A stretch of DNA of 64,000 bases, taken from positions 32,001 through 96,000 of the IMG/VR virus record IMGVR_UViG_3300044844_000506. One strand, 5' to 3'. This document shows positions 1 through 8,814 of this stretch, piece by piece; position 1 is the stretch's first letter, and the number at the start of each line of letters is the position of its first letter. The DNA comes from a virus. The notes under the pieces were generated by a model, which saw only the letters and a list, made by a program, of their open reading frames with translations, had not been told where the DNA came from and ran no database searches. Both the position numbers and the translations under genes were made by a program.

Positions 1-32
1 GTATGAGCAATCTCAATACATTGTAACTTTTT

Positions 33-1625
33 CTAATTTTTTAGTCTTGTAATACCGTTCTTTTTTACAAGAGAAATTTTAGAATGTTCAGCTAATAAAT
101 CCTTCAAGGTTGAATTATGAGTAATAACAAGGATTAGTTTATCCTTGGAAAGTTCTTGAAGTAGATTGTATATTCCTTGTATCGACTCATCATCTATAGA
201 TTCAACTACTTCATCAAGTAATAAGAGATTAAACTTATTCTTGTTAGTAAACCCAAGAAGACCTTGCAAAGCCAATAATACAGCAAAGTTAATTTTCTTT
301 CTTTCACCACCAGATAAAGATGCAAAAATTATTTCCTCTCCATTGACAAATACCTTCTCTTGTAGAGAATCATCAAACATTACCATAAACTTACCATTAG
401 TAGTATATGAAAGGTAATGATTGCATCTGTCGTTGAAGTAATTTAAAACATTGCGAATAATATACTTAACAAAACCCTGTTCAGAGAAAACAATCTCCCA
501 GAACTTAAGTATATCTATATCTTTTGTTACAGTTCCCTTATCGGTATAAACACCAGACAGATTAGAGTTGTACTGCTCTTTTAAGTTATTTAACGTCTGT
601 ATTGAAACTTGTAACGAATGTAATTCATCTAGCTTCTTAAAATCACTAGAGGAGATAGGGATGTTTATATTGTTTAACTGAGACTTATAAAAATTACAGT
701 CTCCTGTTAATTTCTGTAGCTGATCTTCAAGTCTGAGAAGATCTTGATTACAAGCATCTTTCCAGTTATCAGGCTTTTTATTTAAGATTGAGTTACACTG
801 GTAGCAGACTTCGTGATCCTTGTTATTCTTAATTTCCTTCTGGATAACTTTGATTTCAGTTTCCACAGAGGATTTCGAATTACTAAGGTCTGAGTACTCT
901 TTTTCGAGATTACGCTTCTTTGCTTCGAGTTGTTCGATTGATTCAAGGGTGATATTTCCAATAAGATTGTTATTACGTTTGATTGTATCAATCTTTTCGT
1001 TAGCTGCCTTTACTTTGGATTCAATGTCCTTGATATTTTTATTGTATTCATTAATCAATGCATCCTTAGATTTTAATACTGAAGACTGAGTAGACTTGTA
1101 ATCCTTGATCTTGTCTCTCATCTTAAAGACTTCATCTAAGTTAAGGAAGTTCTTTAAGATAATTCTCTTGTCTTCTAAAGACGCTGAAATGAAGTCGAAA
1201 TCATTCTGTTGACCCCATACCGTTGAAGCTACAAATGTCTTGTAGTTTAGGTTGAAGTATTTTTCTACTTCTGCCTGAGTCGCGGTAATGGATTCTTGAG
1301 TTCTATCGTCACCATTTACAATGAATCTCAAGAAATTGGGTCTACGGGTACGTTCAATAACTACTCTTCCGTTGTCTAGTTTAATCCTGACTAGACATTC
1401 CTTCTTATGTTTGTTATTTACTAATGCCTCTTCCGTAGACTTGCGAATCGTCTTTCCATAAAGACCCCAAACTATAGCCTCAAAAATAGACGATTTACCA
1501 CTACCGTTACTGCCACCGATATCCTTATTCTTGCCTTCTACAAATACAATTCCGCTGTCATTAAACTCTAAACTAATATCTCCGATAGAGTAAAAGTTCT
1601 TAATCTCAATATTACTTAGGTTCAT
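33..1625 (-). CDS. gp46: Recombination endonuclease ATPase subunit (T4 gp46 / SbcC / Rad50-like)
   Basis: Walker A GSNGSGKSS, coiled coil with CYQC zinc hook, LSGGE signature, Walker B LLLDE, ITH; adjacent to Mre11-like gene. Confidence 0.95.
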   Translation of the reverse strand: MNLSNIEIKNFYSIGDISLEFNDSGIVFVEGKNKDIGGSNGSGKSSIFEAIVWGLYGKTIRKSTEEALVNNKHKKECLVRIKLDNGRVVIERTRRPNFLRFIVNGDDRTQESITATQAEVEKYFNLNYKTFVASTVWGQQNDFDFISASLEDKRIILKNFLNLDEVFKMRDKIKDYKSTQSSVLKSKDALINEYNKNIKDIESKVKAANEKIDTIKRNNNLIGNITLESIEQLEAKKRNLEKEYSDLSNSKSSVETEIKVIQKEIKNNKDHEVCYQCNSILNKKPDNWKDACNQDLLRLEDQLQKLTGDCNFYKSQLNNINIPISSSDFKKLDELHSLQVSIQTLNNLKEQYNSNLSGVYTDKGTVTKDIDILKFWEIVFSEQGFVKYIIRNVLNYFNDRCNHYLSYTTNGKFMVMFDDSLQEKVFVNGEEIIFASLSGGERKKINFAVLLALQGLLGFTNKNKFNLLLLDEVVESIDDESIQGIYNLLQELSKDKLILVITHNSTLKDLLAEHSKISLVKKNGITRLKN

Positions 1626-2631
1626 TTAATTCTTTAACTTTATTAAGAATCCCCATAACTTCTTCCTTAGAGTACGGGAAATCTAGTTTACTTAGATACT
1701 CTTCAAACGTAGCATCATTAAATTCACCAGGAGATACTAAATAAGGATTTTGGTTAGCTACTAATTCTAGGTCTGGATTGATATATTTAATATCAACGTA
1801 GTTAACCTTATACTCTTCTATTAGTTTCTTAATTAGATCAGGGATGTATACTTTATCTGAGGGATTTAGTAACACCCTGACAATGTTATAATACTTAACT
1901 GTGTCTAATTTTTTTGGTAGATCCTGAAGTTCTTGCAGGGTACAGTTAATGTATCTAGGTCCGCCTACGAACGGAACTTTTTCAAATACCGTTTTATTTG
2001 AATAGACTTTTAGAAGCCCAAGATTTCCTTTATGTTCAGCTTCGAAAAACGACGTTGGATATGGGGTTCCAAGTATCTCAATGTTGTGGTGAACGGTAGG
2101 ACGATGGATATGCCCAAGAAAAGTACGAGCGCAAAGCTGGCTAGGGTCAATACTAAAATCGTAATCACCGATAGAATTAATGCAGCCTCGATAGCCGAAA
2201 TGACCAAAAACATAATCGTCGCTGGTAACTTTGTTATCGTAGAGATAGTTATAAATTTTTTGCTCATCTTCATAGTGCGGAATAAGGTGTGCCGTTCTAC
2301 CACCTATTTCAATTATATAGGGCTTATTACATATTTTTACGTTATCGCTATTAAATAGACTTAAATAAGTTAAACCGTCATCTGATTTATTTGATGCATC
2401 ATGATTGCCCATTAAAACATAGCAATCCATGTCAATGTAATCAAATAATTCTTTGATCTTAAGTAATACCTCTGGAGTAGGTTTTCTCTTATCTGAGATA
2501 TCTCCTAAAAAGATAACCTGTTGGGGTTTATGCTTGTTGATATTATCTTTAATAGCTTGTATTTGGTGATCTAAATATCCAGGATACTTGTTATCAAAAT
2601 GAGTATCACCAATAATAAGATATTTAATCAT
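1612..2631 (-). CDS. gp47: Recombination endonuclease nuclease subunit (T4 gp47 / SbcD / Mre11-like)
   Basis: Metallophosphoesterase motifs GDTH, GD, GNHD, GHF, GHIH. Confidence 0.95.
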   Translation of the reverse strand: MIKYLIIGDTHFDNKYPGYLDHQIQAIKDNINKHKPQQVIFLGDISDKRKPTPEVLLKIKELFDYIDMDCYVLMGNHDASNKSDDGLTYLSLFNSDNVKICNKPYIIEIGGRTAHLIPHYEDEQKIYNYLYDNKVTSDDYVFGHFGYRGCINSIGDYDFSIDPSQLCARTFLGHIHRPTVHHNIEILGTPYPTSFFEAEHKGNLGLLKVYSNKTVFEKVPFVGGPRYINCTLQELQDLPKKLDTVKYYNIVRVLLNPSDKVYIPDLIKKLIEEYKVNYVDIKYINPDLELVANQNPYLVSPGEFNDATFEEYLSKLDFPYSKEEVMGILNKVKELNEPK

Positions 2632-3011
2632 ACAGGTGTTTCCTCTTTTTCACATTCATCACATAGAGTTTTTTCCCATCCCCATACAGTCATGGTTTTT
2701 CCAGCCTGTCCACAATATTCGCAAACTTTAGCTGATTTTATCTCTGCTTCATCTACAAAATCATAAAACAAATCTATGCCTAAATTTCCCTGCAATCTAA
2801 GTGTTCCATATTTTTCTTTAACGACTACTATACCCTGAAATTGTTTTTCAGGAATATTCTCTGGAAATTTTTCCATGTAGTCCATCATCTTAGAACAAGT
2901 TTCATCTACTATAGTGTTCCAACCTCTGCCACATTCAAATCTCTCTTTACCACTTCGCAAGTTACGAAACAGCATAGGATACTTTTCAATGATTTCTTTT
3001 TGGGTAATCAT
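2628..3011 (-). CDS. Conserved phage hypothetical protein with C-terminal zinc ribbon
   Basis: ECGRGW..KEKYGTLR motif, CEYC..CDEC; ATGA-coupled to neighbours. Confidence 0.75.
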   Translation of the reverse strand: MITQKEIIEKYPMLFRNLRSGKERFECGRGWNTIVDETCSKMMDYMEKFPENIPEKQFQGIVVVKEKYGTLRLQGNLGIDLFYDFVDEAEIKSAKVCEYCGQAGKTMTVWGWEKTLCDECEKEETPV

Positions 3012-3709
3012 AGTTCTATACCTAATCTATCTAGGTCTGTATTAATTTGATCTTTAATTAGCTTCGCATACATCTGAATCTCTTTCTGTGCATCTGGCTT
3101 AAGTCTCTGATTAAGGAAATGCAGAACTGCCTGTAGAGATACAGTCCAATAAGATTCAGAGTAGATATTTTGTGGAAGAACCAATCGGGCTTGTTCTCTA
3201 GCTACACCAGAGTCAATGAATGCTTTATATGTTCTATATGCCTCATCGCACGCTAATTTAATTCTATACTGTAAAACAACCTGATCTAATTCTGGATTAG
3301 AATCTGAAGATTGTTTATTGTGTTTGGTATTAGATCTAAATTCGTTAGGATAGAAAAACTCTGGTTCCAATTCTGTGTATCTACCAGACACTTCATTCCA
3401 TGAGCAACCTTTATCTGAATCATAAAGTTCGTTACTCATCCATGTAGAACCTATTTGATATTTCTTCCACTGATTAAATACAAAAATAGGTGCCTTGATA
3501 TGGAAGGTATAGTAGGTATGCCTGAATGGGCTGGTATGCTCATTATCCCATAAAAACTTTACTAACTTCTCATCCTTTTCATCAAATGCTTCTTTACGTT
3601 TGCCATGAGAGATTCTAGCTGCATTGACTACCTTTAATGCAGTATCGTGCTGCATTTTATCAACTAGATCAACAAAGCCAACATAATCATGAATAAATAA
3701 ACGAGTCAC
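3008..3709 (-). CDS. thyX: Flavin-dependent thymidylate synthase (divergent)
   Basis: VVNAARIS, HTSPF, NEVSGRY, REQARLVLP, AQKEI; RHR motif replaced by KYQ. Confidence 0.9.
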   Translation of the reverse strand: MTRLFIHDYVGFVDLVDKMQHDTALKVVNAARISHGKRKEAFDEKDEKLVKFLWDNEHTSPFRHTYYTFHIKAPIFVFNQWKKYQIGSTWMSNELYDSDKGCSWNEVSGRYTELEPEFFYPNEFRSNTKHNKQSSDSNPELDQVVLQYRIKLACDEAYRTYKAFIDSGVAREQARLVLPQNIYSESYWTVSLQAVLHFLNQRLKPDAQKEIQMYAKLIKDQINTDLDRLGIEL

Positions 3710-3984
3710 TCTGAAATTCCTTTATTACAGTCGCATTTGTTTGGGATGTATCCATAATTACTTATTGCATTACTGTCATATCCACAAGTAAAGCAATTCA
3801 TATGAAGTACAACACCAACTACTCTAATTTTATTAGTATTCTTAACTAATCTTGAAACAGATTCAGCTACTAGTAGTAGTGGTGAATCAGTATTATCATC
3901 CCAATATGTTGTTGTAGCTGGGATGCCCTCATTATCTATCCAATCAATTTCTACTTTCCATCTTTTACCGCTTGGCATAATCAC
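3706..3984 (-). CDS. Hypothetical protein (CxxC..CxC)
   Basis: ORF with 4-bp overlaps to both neighbours. Confidence 0.6.
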   Translation of the reverse strand: MIMPSGKRWKVEIDWIDNEGIPATTTYWDDNTDSPLLLVAESVSRLVKNTNKIRVVGVVLHMNCFTCGYDSNAISNYGYIPNKCDCNKGISE

Positions 3985-5105
3985 CTGTTAAGTACTTCCT
4001 CTCTGTTAATAATAGAGCCTGAGTTGCTAAATTTTACTTCTGTCTTAGCAGCAAAGTTGTTTCCAATACAAACTTCAATCTCAAGTGGAACCTTAAAGTT
4101 AAATCCTAAGGACTTTAGGAGTGGGTAGTTCCTGAGTTTATTGTACATGATTTGTAGTGTCTCTTCAGTATCATTCTTGTTTGAGATAACTTCAATAGAG
4201 TCATGTACAGTACCACAAACGTAAGAATCCAATCCACGATATTTTAACTCCCTATCTAGGTCAATTAGTCCGTAACAAACAATATCTGATGCTGAACTTT
4301 GAATGCCAAAGTTAATACCTTGACGATAACATCCATCTCTAACTTGCTGAACTGGTGAATCTACGTCTGGTAGATTTCTACGTCTTCCGAATAGAGATGT
4401 ACAGTACTTATTTTCTGTGATGGTGTTTTTTACCTCATCCATCCACTCGAAGACTCTGGGATATACTTCTTGGAACTTAGCGATTGTTCTTTCAGCTACT
4501 TCCATAGATACGTTAGCTGTTTTACTAAGTTTCCATGCACCACCACCGTATACTACAAGGAAGGATACTGACTTCGCAATCTGTCTCTCGTCATCTGTAA
4601 CTTTGCTTATTTCTTTCTCGTAGATAAGTGATGCTGTATATCTGTGAAGGTCTGCTCCTGAGTTAAAGGCTTTGATCATGTTAGTCTCATTAGCAATATG
4701 AGCTAACACTCTAAGTTCCATAGCTTTGAAGTCAGCAGTGATGAAATCATAGCCGACAGGAGAGATACAGCACTCTCGGATACTATCTACTTTTTCTCTG
4801 GGTAAGGTATGAAAGGATAATCCGAGGGGGAAATCCTTACCGTTCTTGATAGCCTTGTAGGCACCACAAGACAATCTTCCAGTAATTGTGCCTTCAGGAC
4901 GATAGTCAAAGTAAATACGGTCATTACCTGTATTGCTAAGAGCCTTCTTGGCTCCTGTAACATAGGTAGAATAAAGTTTCTCCTTTGCGCGATAAGTTTT
5001 GAGAGATGTGAAGAACTCAAGAGCTTGCTCCAACTTAGCTGTTGGTAAAGTCTCGATGTGCATCTTTGCAATATCTTCATCAGTTAACTTTTTCTTGTAG
5101 GCCAT
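3981..5105 (-). CDS. polA: Family A DNA polymerase, part 3 (palm/fingers)
   Basis: TGRLS, motif A DFKAMELRVLAH, motif B RQIAKSVSFLVVYG, motif C VHDS; start placed at MAYKKK (5105) rather than 5120. Confidence 0.93.
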   Translation of the reverse strand: MAYKKKLTDEDIAKMHIETLPTAKLEQALEFFTSLKTYRAKEKLYSTYVTGAKKALSNTGNDRIYFDYRPEGTITGRLSCGAYKAIKNGKDFPLGLSFHTLPREKVDSIRECCISPVGYDFITADFKAMELRVLAHIANETNMIKAFNSGADLHRYTASLIYEKEISKVTDDERQIAKSVSFLVVYGGGAWKLSKTANVSMEVAERTIAKFQEVYPRVFEWMDEVKNTITENKYCTSLFGRRRNLPDVDSPVQQVRDGCYRQGINFGIQSSASDIVCYGLIDLDRELKYRGLDSYVCGTVHDSIEVISNKNDTEETLQIMYNKLRNYPLLKSLGFNFKVPLEIEVCIGNNFAAKTEVKFSNSGSIINREEVLNR

Positions 5106-5658
5106 TAAAAATCTCAGCAATTAGAGAGCGTACCGTAACTTCAAATTCCTTCTCTGTCCCATTATTATAGATATGAATGGCCCCTTCTTTCCATAAATCC
5201 GCATTTTGGAATGCTGTTTCACTAGGGCTATCCCATATCTTGCGATTATAGCCTCTCTTTAGTAATTCTTTTTCCTGAACATCAATTTCAATTATGTATA
5301 CAGGTCTATCCTTGTAGTGATTCTTTACAACTCTAAGTTCATTGGGGAATCTACAATCACTAAAGATAATAACTTCATCATTCTCTGTATAGTAATTCTT
5401 GCTAATAGCCATGTCAACCCATACATCAGGGTTTAAGGATCTAGCAAGCATACCACCAAAAATAATAAACTCTCGATACTTTTCTTTATCTCTTTCTAAC
5501 TCTTCTAATGTTAGACCTAAATTAATAGCTGCCATCTTTTTAAGTTCATCAGCAAAAGCTATACGACGAATCTTAGAGTATTCTTTTCTGGCATACTTTA
5601 TAAAGGTGTCTTTACCAGACTTACTTCTTCCAATTAATAAAATTACTGGCATCTTCAT
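5080..5658 (-). CDS. Deoxynucleoside monophosphate kinase (T4 gp1 / phosphomevalonate-kinase-like P-loop)
   Basis: GRSKSGKDT P-loop, AFADELK, DVWV, SDCRFPNE. Confidence 0.85.
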   Translation of the reverse strand: MKMPVILLIGRSKSGKDTFIKYARKEYSKIRRIAFADELKKMAAINLGLTLEELERDKEKYREFIIFGGMLARSLNPDVWVDMAISKNYYTENDEVIIFSDCRFPNELRVVKNHYKDRPVYIIEIDVQEKELLKRGYNRKIWDSPSETAFQNADLWKEGAIHIYNNGTEKEFEVTVRSLIAEIFNGLQEKVN

Positions 5659-6140
5659 TTGCTTGATCTCTTTTCTAGTTCTGCTTCAATTAAGTTTTCT
5701 AAAGTCTCCATAGCATTCTTATCAACACTAGGAGATCCCTTGTCGGTTTTAGTAGGAGGGTACAATCCTAAACCTTCAGAATCATGATAGAATATCTTAA
5801 TAAGATCCTTATTAGATGCAATATTATATTCTTCTTTTACAAAAGGGAACGATAGAACCTTGGACTTAGCCTCATCAACTTTACTCTTAACTCTTGAATC
5901 TAGATTGCCTAAGGTTCCATTATCAATCAGCATACCTCTATTTTCAATATCAGCTAATACTGGGATTAAAGGTGATAAAAGATTCTTGTAATGATCTGTT
6001 AGGTCCAACTTCTGAAGCTCAGAATACATCTTATGAAATAGCATTAAAGTATAATAGCTATCCATAGCATTACCTTTAGCCATCTCAGAAAGGGGCATTG
6101 ACTCCCAATCCTGCTTCTTTCCATCTTTTACTGTTAACAT
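5655..6140 (-). CDS. polA: Family A DNA polymerase, part 2 (ExoIII helix plus thumb)
   Basis: GNAMD (ExoIII position), LIPVLADIENRGMLID, NIAS..L..IFY..LGL, KGSPSVD. Confidence 0.88.
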   Translation of the reverse strand: MLTVKDGKKQDWESMPLSEMAKGNAMDSYYTLMLFHKMYSELQKLDLTDHYKNLLSPLIPVLADIENRGMLIDNGTLGNLDSRVKSKVDEAKSKVLSFPFVKEEYNIASNKDLIKIFYHDSEGLGLYPPTKTDKGSPSVDKNAMETLENLIEAELEKRSSK

Positions 6141-7159
6141 TATAAAACCTCAAGGTTTTCTGGGAAGTATCTCTTAACTAAGTTAATTAACTTAGTATTC
6201 TGGTTCTCATCAATTAGGTGAGCCATGCCAGCGGTGTCCCAGATATTCTCCAATAATATGCCCTCACGGTCTAAAAATTTGTAATCGAACTTGGCATTCT
6301 GTAGAACTTTAATGTTATTTGGGTTGCCAGTCACAGAGTTAATTAAAGCATATAGATCTGTCTTGTCTTTGTTCAAGAAAGGAGACTCTCTATGATAGAT
6401 AGGAATAACAACACTAGCTACCCCTTCCGCATCCTTGTAAGAGATTGAGATAGTAAGAATCTTATCTGTTAAGAAGTTTAATCCATTAGTCTCAATGTCA
6501 ACAGAGACTGCTTCATCGGTTGAGTCCAGAGAGTTAGTAGAAATAATCTGTTTAAATTCTTGGAGATCTTTTACAACCGAGTATCTTAACTTTAGTGGAG
6601 TAATACTCTTATGAATAATCTTATTCAGAGCTAAAGATACATCGCTGATAATAACATCTCTGTACTTAGGCTCAATAAATAAGATTGATAGGCTATAAGT
6701 TGGAATTACAGGAATCTCATTATAATTAAATTCTGAGCCGTGATTCTTCTCAATACCAGACTTCTTCATTAGCATCTTAAATGCTAAGTTTCCCATAGGA
6801 ATGATCAGCTTGGGCTTTACAGCCTCTACAGTCTCTTCCAAGTACTTTCTACATACTTTCATGCTCTCAGCATCCATGTGCTTATCCTGCACTTGTGGAC
6901 ACTTTACGGAGGCAGAGATTGTATACTTTATATTTCCTAGTAGAGGCCCGATCACATCATTAAATAATGCCTCTGTTTGCTCAGATAAAACTAAACCCTC
7001 AAACCCATTAAATTGAAATGAGTCTACAAGAAATAGTATATCCGACTGACTTAGGTCTACATAATCCTTATAGCAGTGAAACGGTTTATTAATAGAAAGA
7101 ATCTTGCAACCTTGACATTCAGGGTTCTCGTTTTTCTTGTATAAATCTAAAAGACTCAT
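6140..7159 (-). CDS. polA: Family A DNA polymerase, part 1 (degenerate UDG family-4-like domain plus 3'-5' exonuclease ExoI/II)
   Basis: CxxC..VKC..C Fe-S ligands, KPKLIIPMGNLA, VIPTY; then VDIETNGL and QNAKFD, WDT. Confidence 0.88.
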   Translation of the reverse strand: MSLLDLYKKNENPECQGCKILSINKPFHCYKDYVDLSQSDILFLVDSFQFNGFEGLVLSEQTEALFNDVIGPLLGNIKYTISASVKCPQVQDKHMDAESMKVCRKYLEETVEAVKPKLIIPMGNLAFKMLMKKSGIEKNHGSEFNYNEIPVIPTYSLSILFIEPKYRDVIISDVSLALNKIIHKSITPLKLRYSVVKDLQEFKQIISTNSLDSTDEAVSVDIETNGLNFLTDKILTISISYKDAEGVASVVIPIYHRESPFLNKDKTDLYALINSVTGNPNNIKVLQNAKFDYKFLDREGILLENIWDTAGMAHLIDENQNTKLINLVKRYFPENLEVL

Positions 7160-7162
7160 AAA

Positions 7163-7168
7163 TATAAT
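7163..7168 (+). promoter_or_regulatory. TATAAT -10-like box 5 nt before gp55 start
   Basis: In 14-bp spacer between divergent ATGs. Confidence 0.5.
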
Positions 7169-7173
7169 AAAGT

Positions 7174-7527
7174 ATGGCGCAGTATATAGACAATAAAAGG
7201 TTTGAGTTTTTAGTTAGTTCTTACATATATGAAAGAACTGACAAAATCGAGGCAGAGCTTATAGAAAATCTGGACAAGCTGATAGATAATATCTTCTTGT
7301 CCTTTAATTTTAAGATAGACCACGAAGATGCGAAGCAAGATTGTTATTTGTTAATCTTCCGCGTAATGCGGAACTTTAAACCAGAAAACGGTAGTGCGTT
7401 TAATTACTTCACTACCGTTATCGTAAACAATCTAAGGTTACTGTACACTAAGAATAAAATCTATGCACAGAAACTAGAAAACTACATGAATATAAAATCC
7501 AACGATAAAGATTTACTTACAAGTTGA
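7174..7527 (+). CDS. gp55: Late-transcription sigma factor (T4 gp55-like, minimal)
   Basis: YIDNK N-terminus; NFKPENGSAFNYFTTVIVN matches the gp55 NFDP..NPFAYFTQI pattern. Confidence 0.8.
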   Translation: MAQYIDNKRFEFLVSSYIYERTDKIEAELIENLDKLIDNIFLSFNFKIDHEDAKQDCYLLIFRVMRNFKPENGSAFNYFTTVIVNNLRLLYTKNKIYAQKLENYMNIKSNDKDLLTS

Positions 7528-7845
7528 ATTCTTAATCTTAGGACTTACGAAGCTGCGCCTAATCAAATGAGGAATATCGTAAGTTCTATATTGTCTGCTG
7601 TCGCCCCAATAAGTCACTAAGGAAGGCGACCTATTGATTTTAAATCTATTGCTAAGTTCTGGCAGATCAAATAGATTAACCTCGTAAATCTGATCGTTGG
7701 TAGGACTTGAATTTAACTGCTCAAGAAGAGCGGCGCAATTATTGTCCTGCCAAGGGCTGAAGAAATAGAAGGTCTTTGAATCCGAAGTTTCTTCTGCTTC
7801 CTTGAGAAGAGAATAAAATTCAGATACAGTTGTAATTTTCTTCAT
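7513..7845 (-). CDS. Thioredoxin-fold protein lacking CxxC
   Basis: FYFFSPW, YEVNL..PEL..RFKI..SPSLV pattern; WQDNNC instead of WCxxC. Confidence 0.6.
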   Translation of the reverse strand: MKKITTVSEFYSLLKEAEETSDSKTFYFFSPWQDNNCAALLEQLNSSPTNDQIYEVNLFDLPELSNRFKINRSPSLVTYWGDSRQYRTYDIPHLIRRSFVSPKIKNSTCK

Positions 7846-8213
7846 AGAACTTCAATCTTACTTGATGTTGGAGAACCAGAAGCATTTAACATTTCAGGAT
7901 GTTCAGAGAAATACTTCTTTGCTTCCTCTGTAATCTGAGTATTAACTGCTTCTACACCCTTAAGGAAGATTGTCTTAATAAAGTCTTGCTCTGAAAGACT
8001 TTCAGGCTTAATCATTTCCATAAATGACTTATAGCCTTCTGCTTCTTCTTTGGATAAATCAATATAAATCTTCATTTTTCTAACTATTCCTTTGTTGGAA
8101 ACTTTTTCACGAATACGAACACCACTATTTCTTAATGATAAATGTAAAACATCTTTACCTTTAACGGTAATATTTACATCATGATCATTAAGTGTACTTA
8201 AACTATTAGACAT
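7842..8213 (-). CDS. Hypothetical protein
   Basis: 123-aa ORF, ATGA-coupled downstream. Confidence 0.65.
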   Translation of the reverse strand: MSNSLSTLNDHDVNITVKGKDVLHLSLRNSGVRIREKVSNKGIVRKMKIYIDLSKEEAEGYKSFMEMIKPESLSEQDFIKTIFLKGVEAVNTQITEEAKKYFSEHPEMLNASGSPTSSKIEVL

Positions 8214-8231
8214 TTTTTTAAGCTCTGGATT

Positions 8232-8269
8232 CTATAATATACTCAGATAGATAATTCTATCTATTATAG
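8232..8269. promoter_or_regulatory. Palindromic bidirectional promoter region
   Basis: CTATAAT..AGATAGA-TAAT-TCTATCT-ATTATAG; TATAAT on both strands between divergent genes. Confidence 0.5.
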
Positions 8270-8289
8270 AGAGGACGAGTTTAAAAAAT

Positions 8290-8814
8290 ATGGAAGATCG
8301 AGTATCAGCAGAGGATTTGTTGAAGTTGAAGAAAAAGAAACGGGTCAATAGCCGTACAAAAGGTAATGCGTTTGAACGAAAGGTTGCATCAATACTAAAT
8401 GAGTACCATGAGACTTCAGACTTTTGCAGAACTCCAGGTTCAGGTGCATTCGCTACAACACACAAACTACCGAAGCATCTTCAAGTTAAAGGAGATTTAA
8501 TTACTCCAACAAACTATCCTTTTGTAATAGAGTGTAAGAAAGGTTATAAGTTCTCTATATCTGATTGTTTAAATCTTAAATCAGATTTTAGAGAAATTAT
8601 AAACAAGATAGAAAAAGAAGCTAAAGACAGTAATAAACTTCCATTACTAATCTTTCAACAAGATAGACAATCTGTATACTGTTTAACTACATTAAATAAC
8701 TACAGTATAAAGATAGACCTATCTACTGTAGATTCTTATCTTTTACTAGATAATAAATATCTAGTAATTCCGTTATCATACCTTCTAAAAACTCTTCCGA
8801 AATACTTTCATTAG
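8290..8814 (+). CDS. Holliday junction resolvase (Hjc-type PD-(D/E)XK)
   Basis: SRTKGNAFER, RTPGSGA, GDLI, IECK. Confidence 0.85.
   Translation: MEDRVSAEDLLKLKKKKRVNSRTKGNAFERKVASILNEYHETSDFCRTPGSGAFATTHKLPKHLQVKGDLITPTNYPFVIECKKGYKFSISDCLNLKSDFREIINKIEKEAKDSNKLPLLIFQQDRQSVYCLTTLNNYSIKIDLSTVDSYLLLDNKYLVIPLSYLLKTLPKYFH

Noticed and set aside
5080-5658. Intron or intein interrupting polA
   Set aside because: Insert is a P-loop kinase overlapping both neighbours, with no room for ribozyme structure, no homing nuclease and no intein termini
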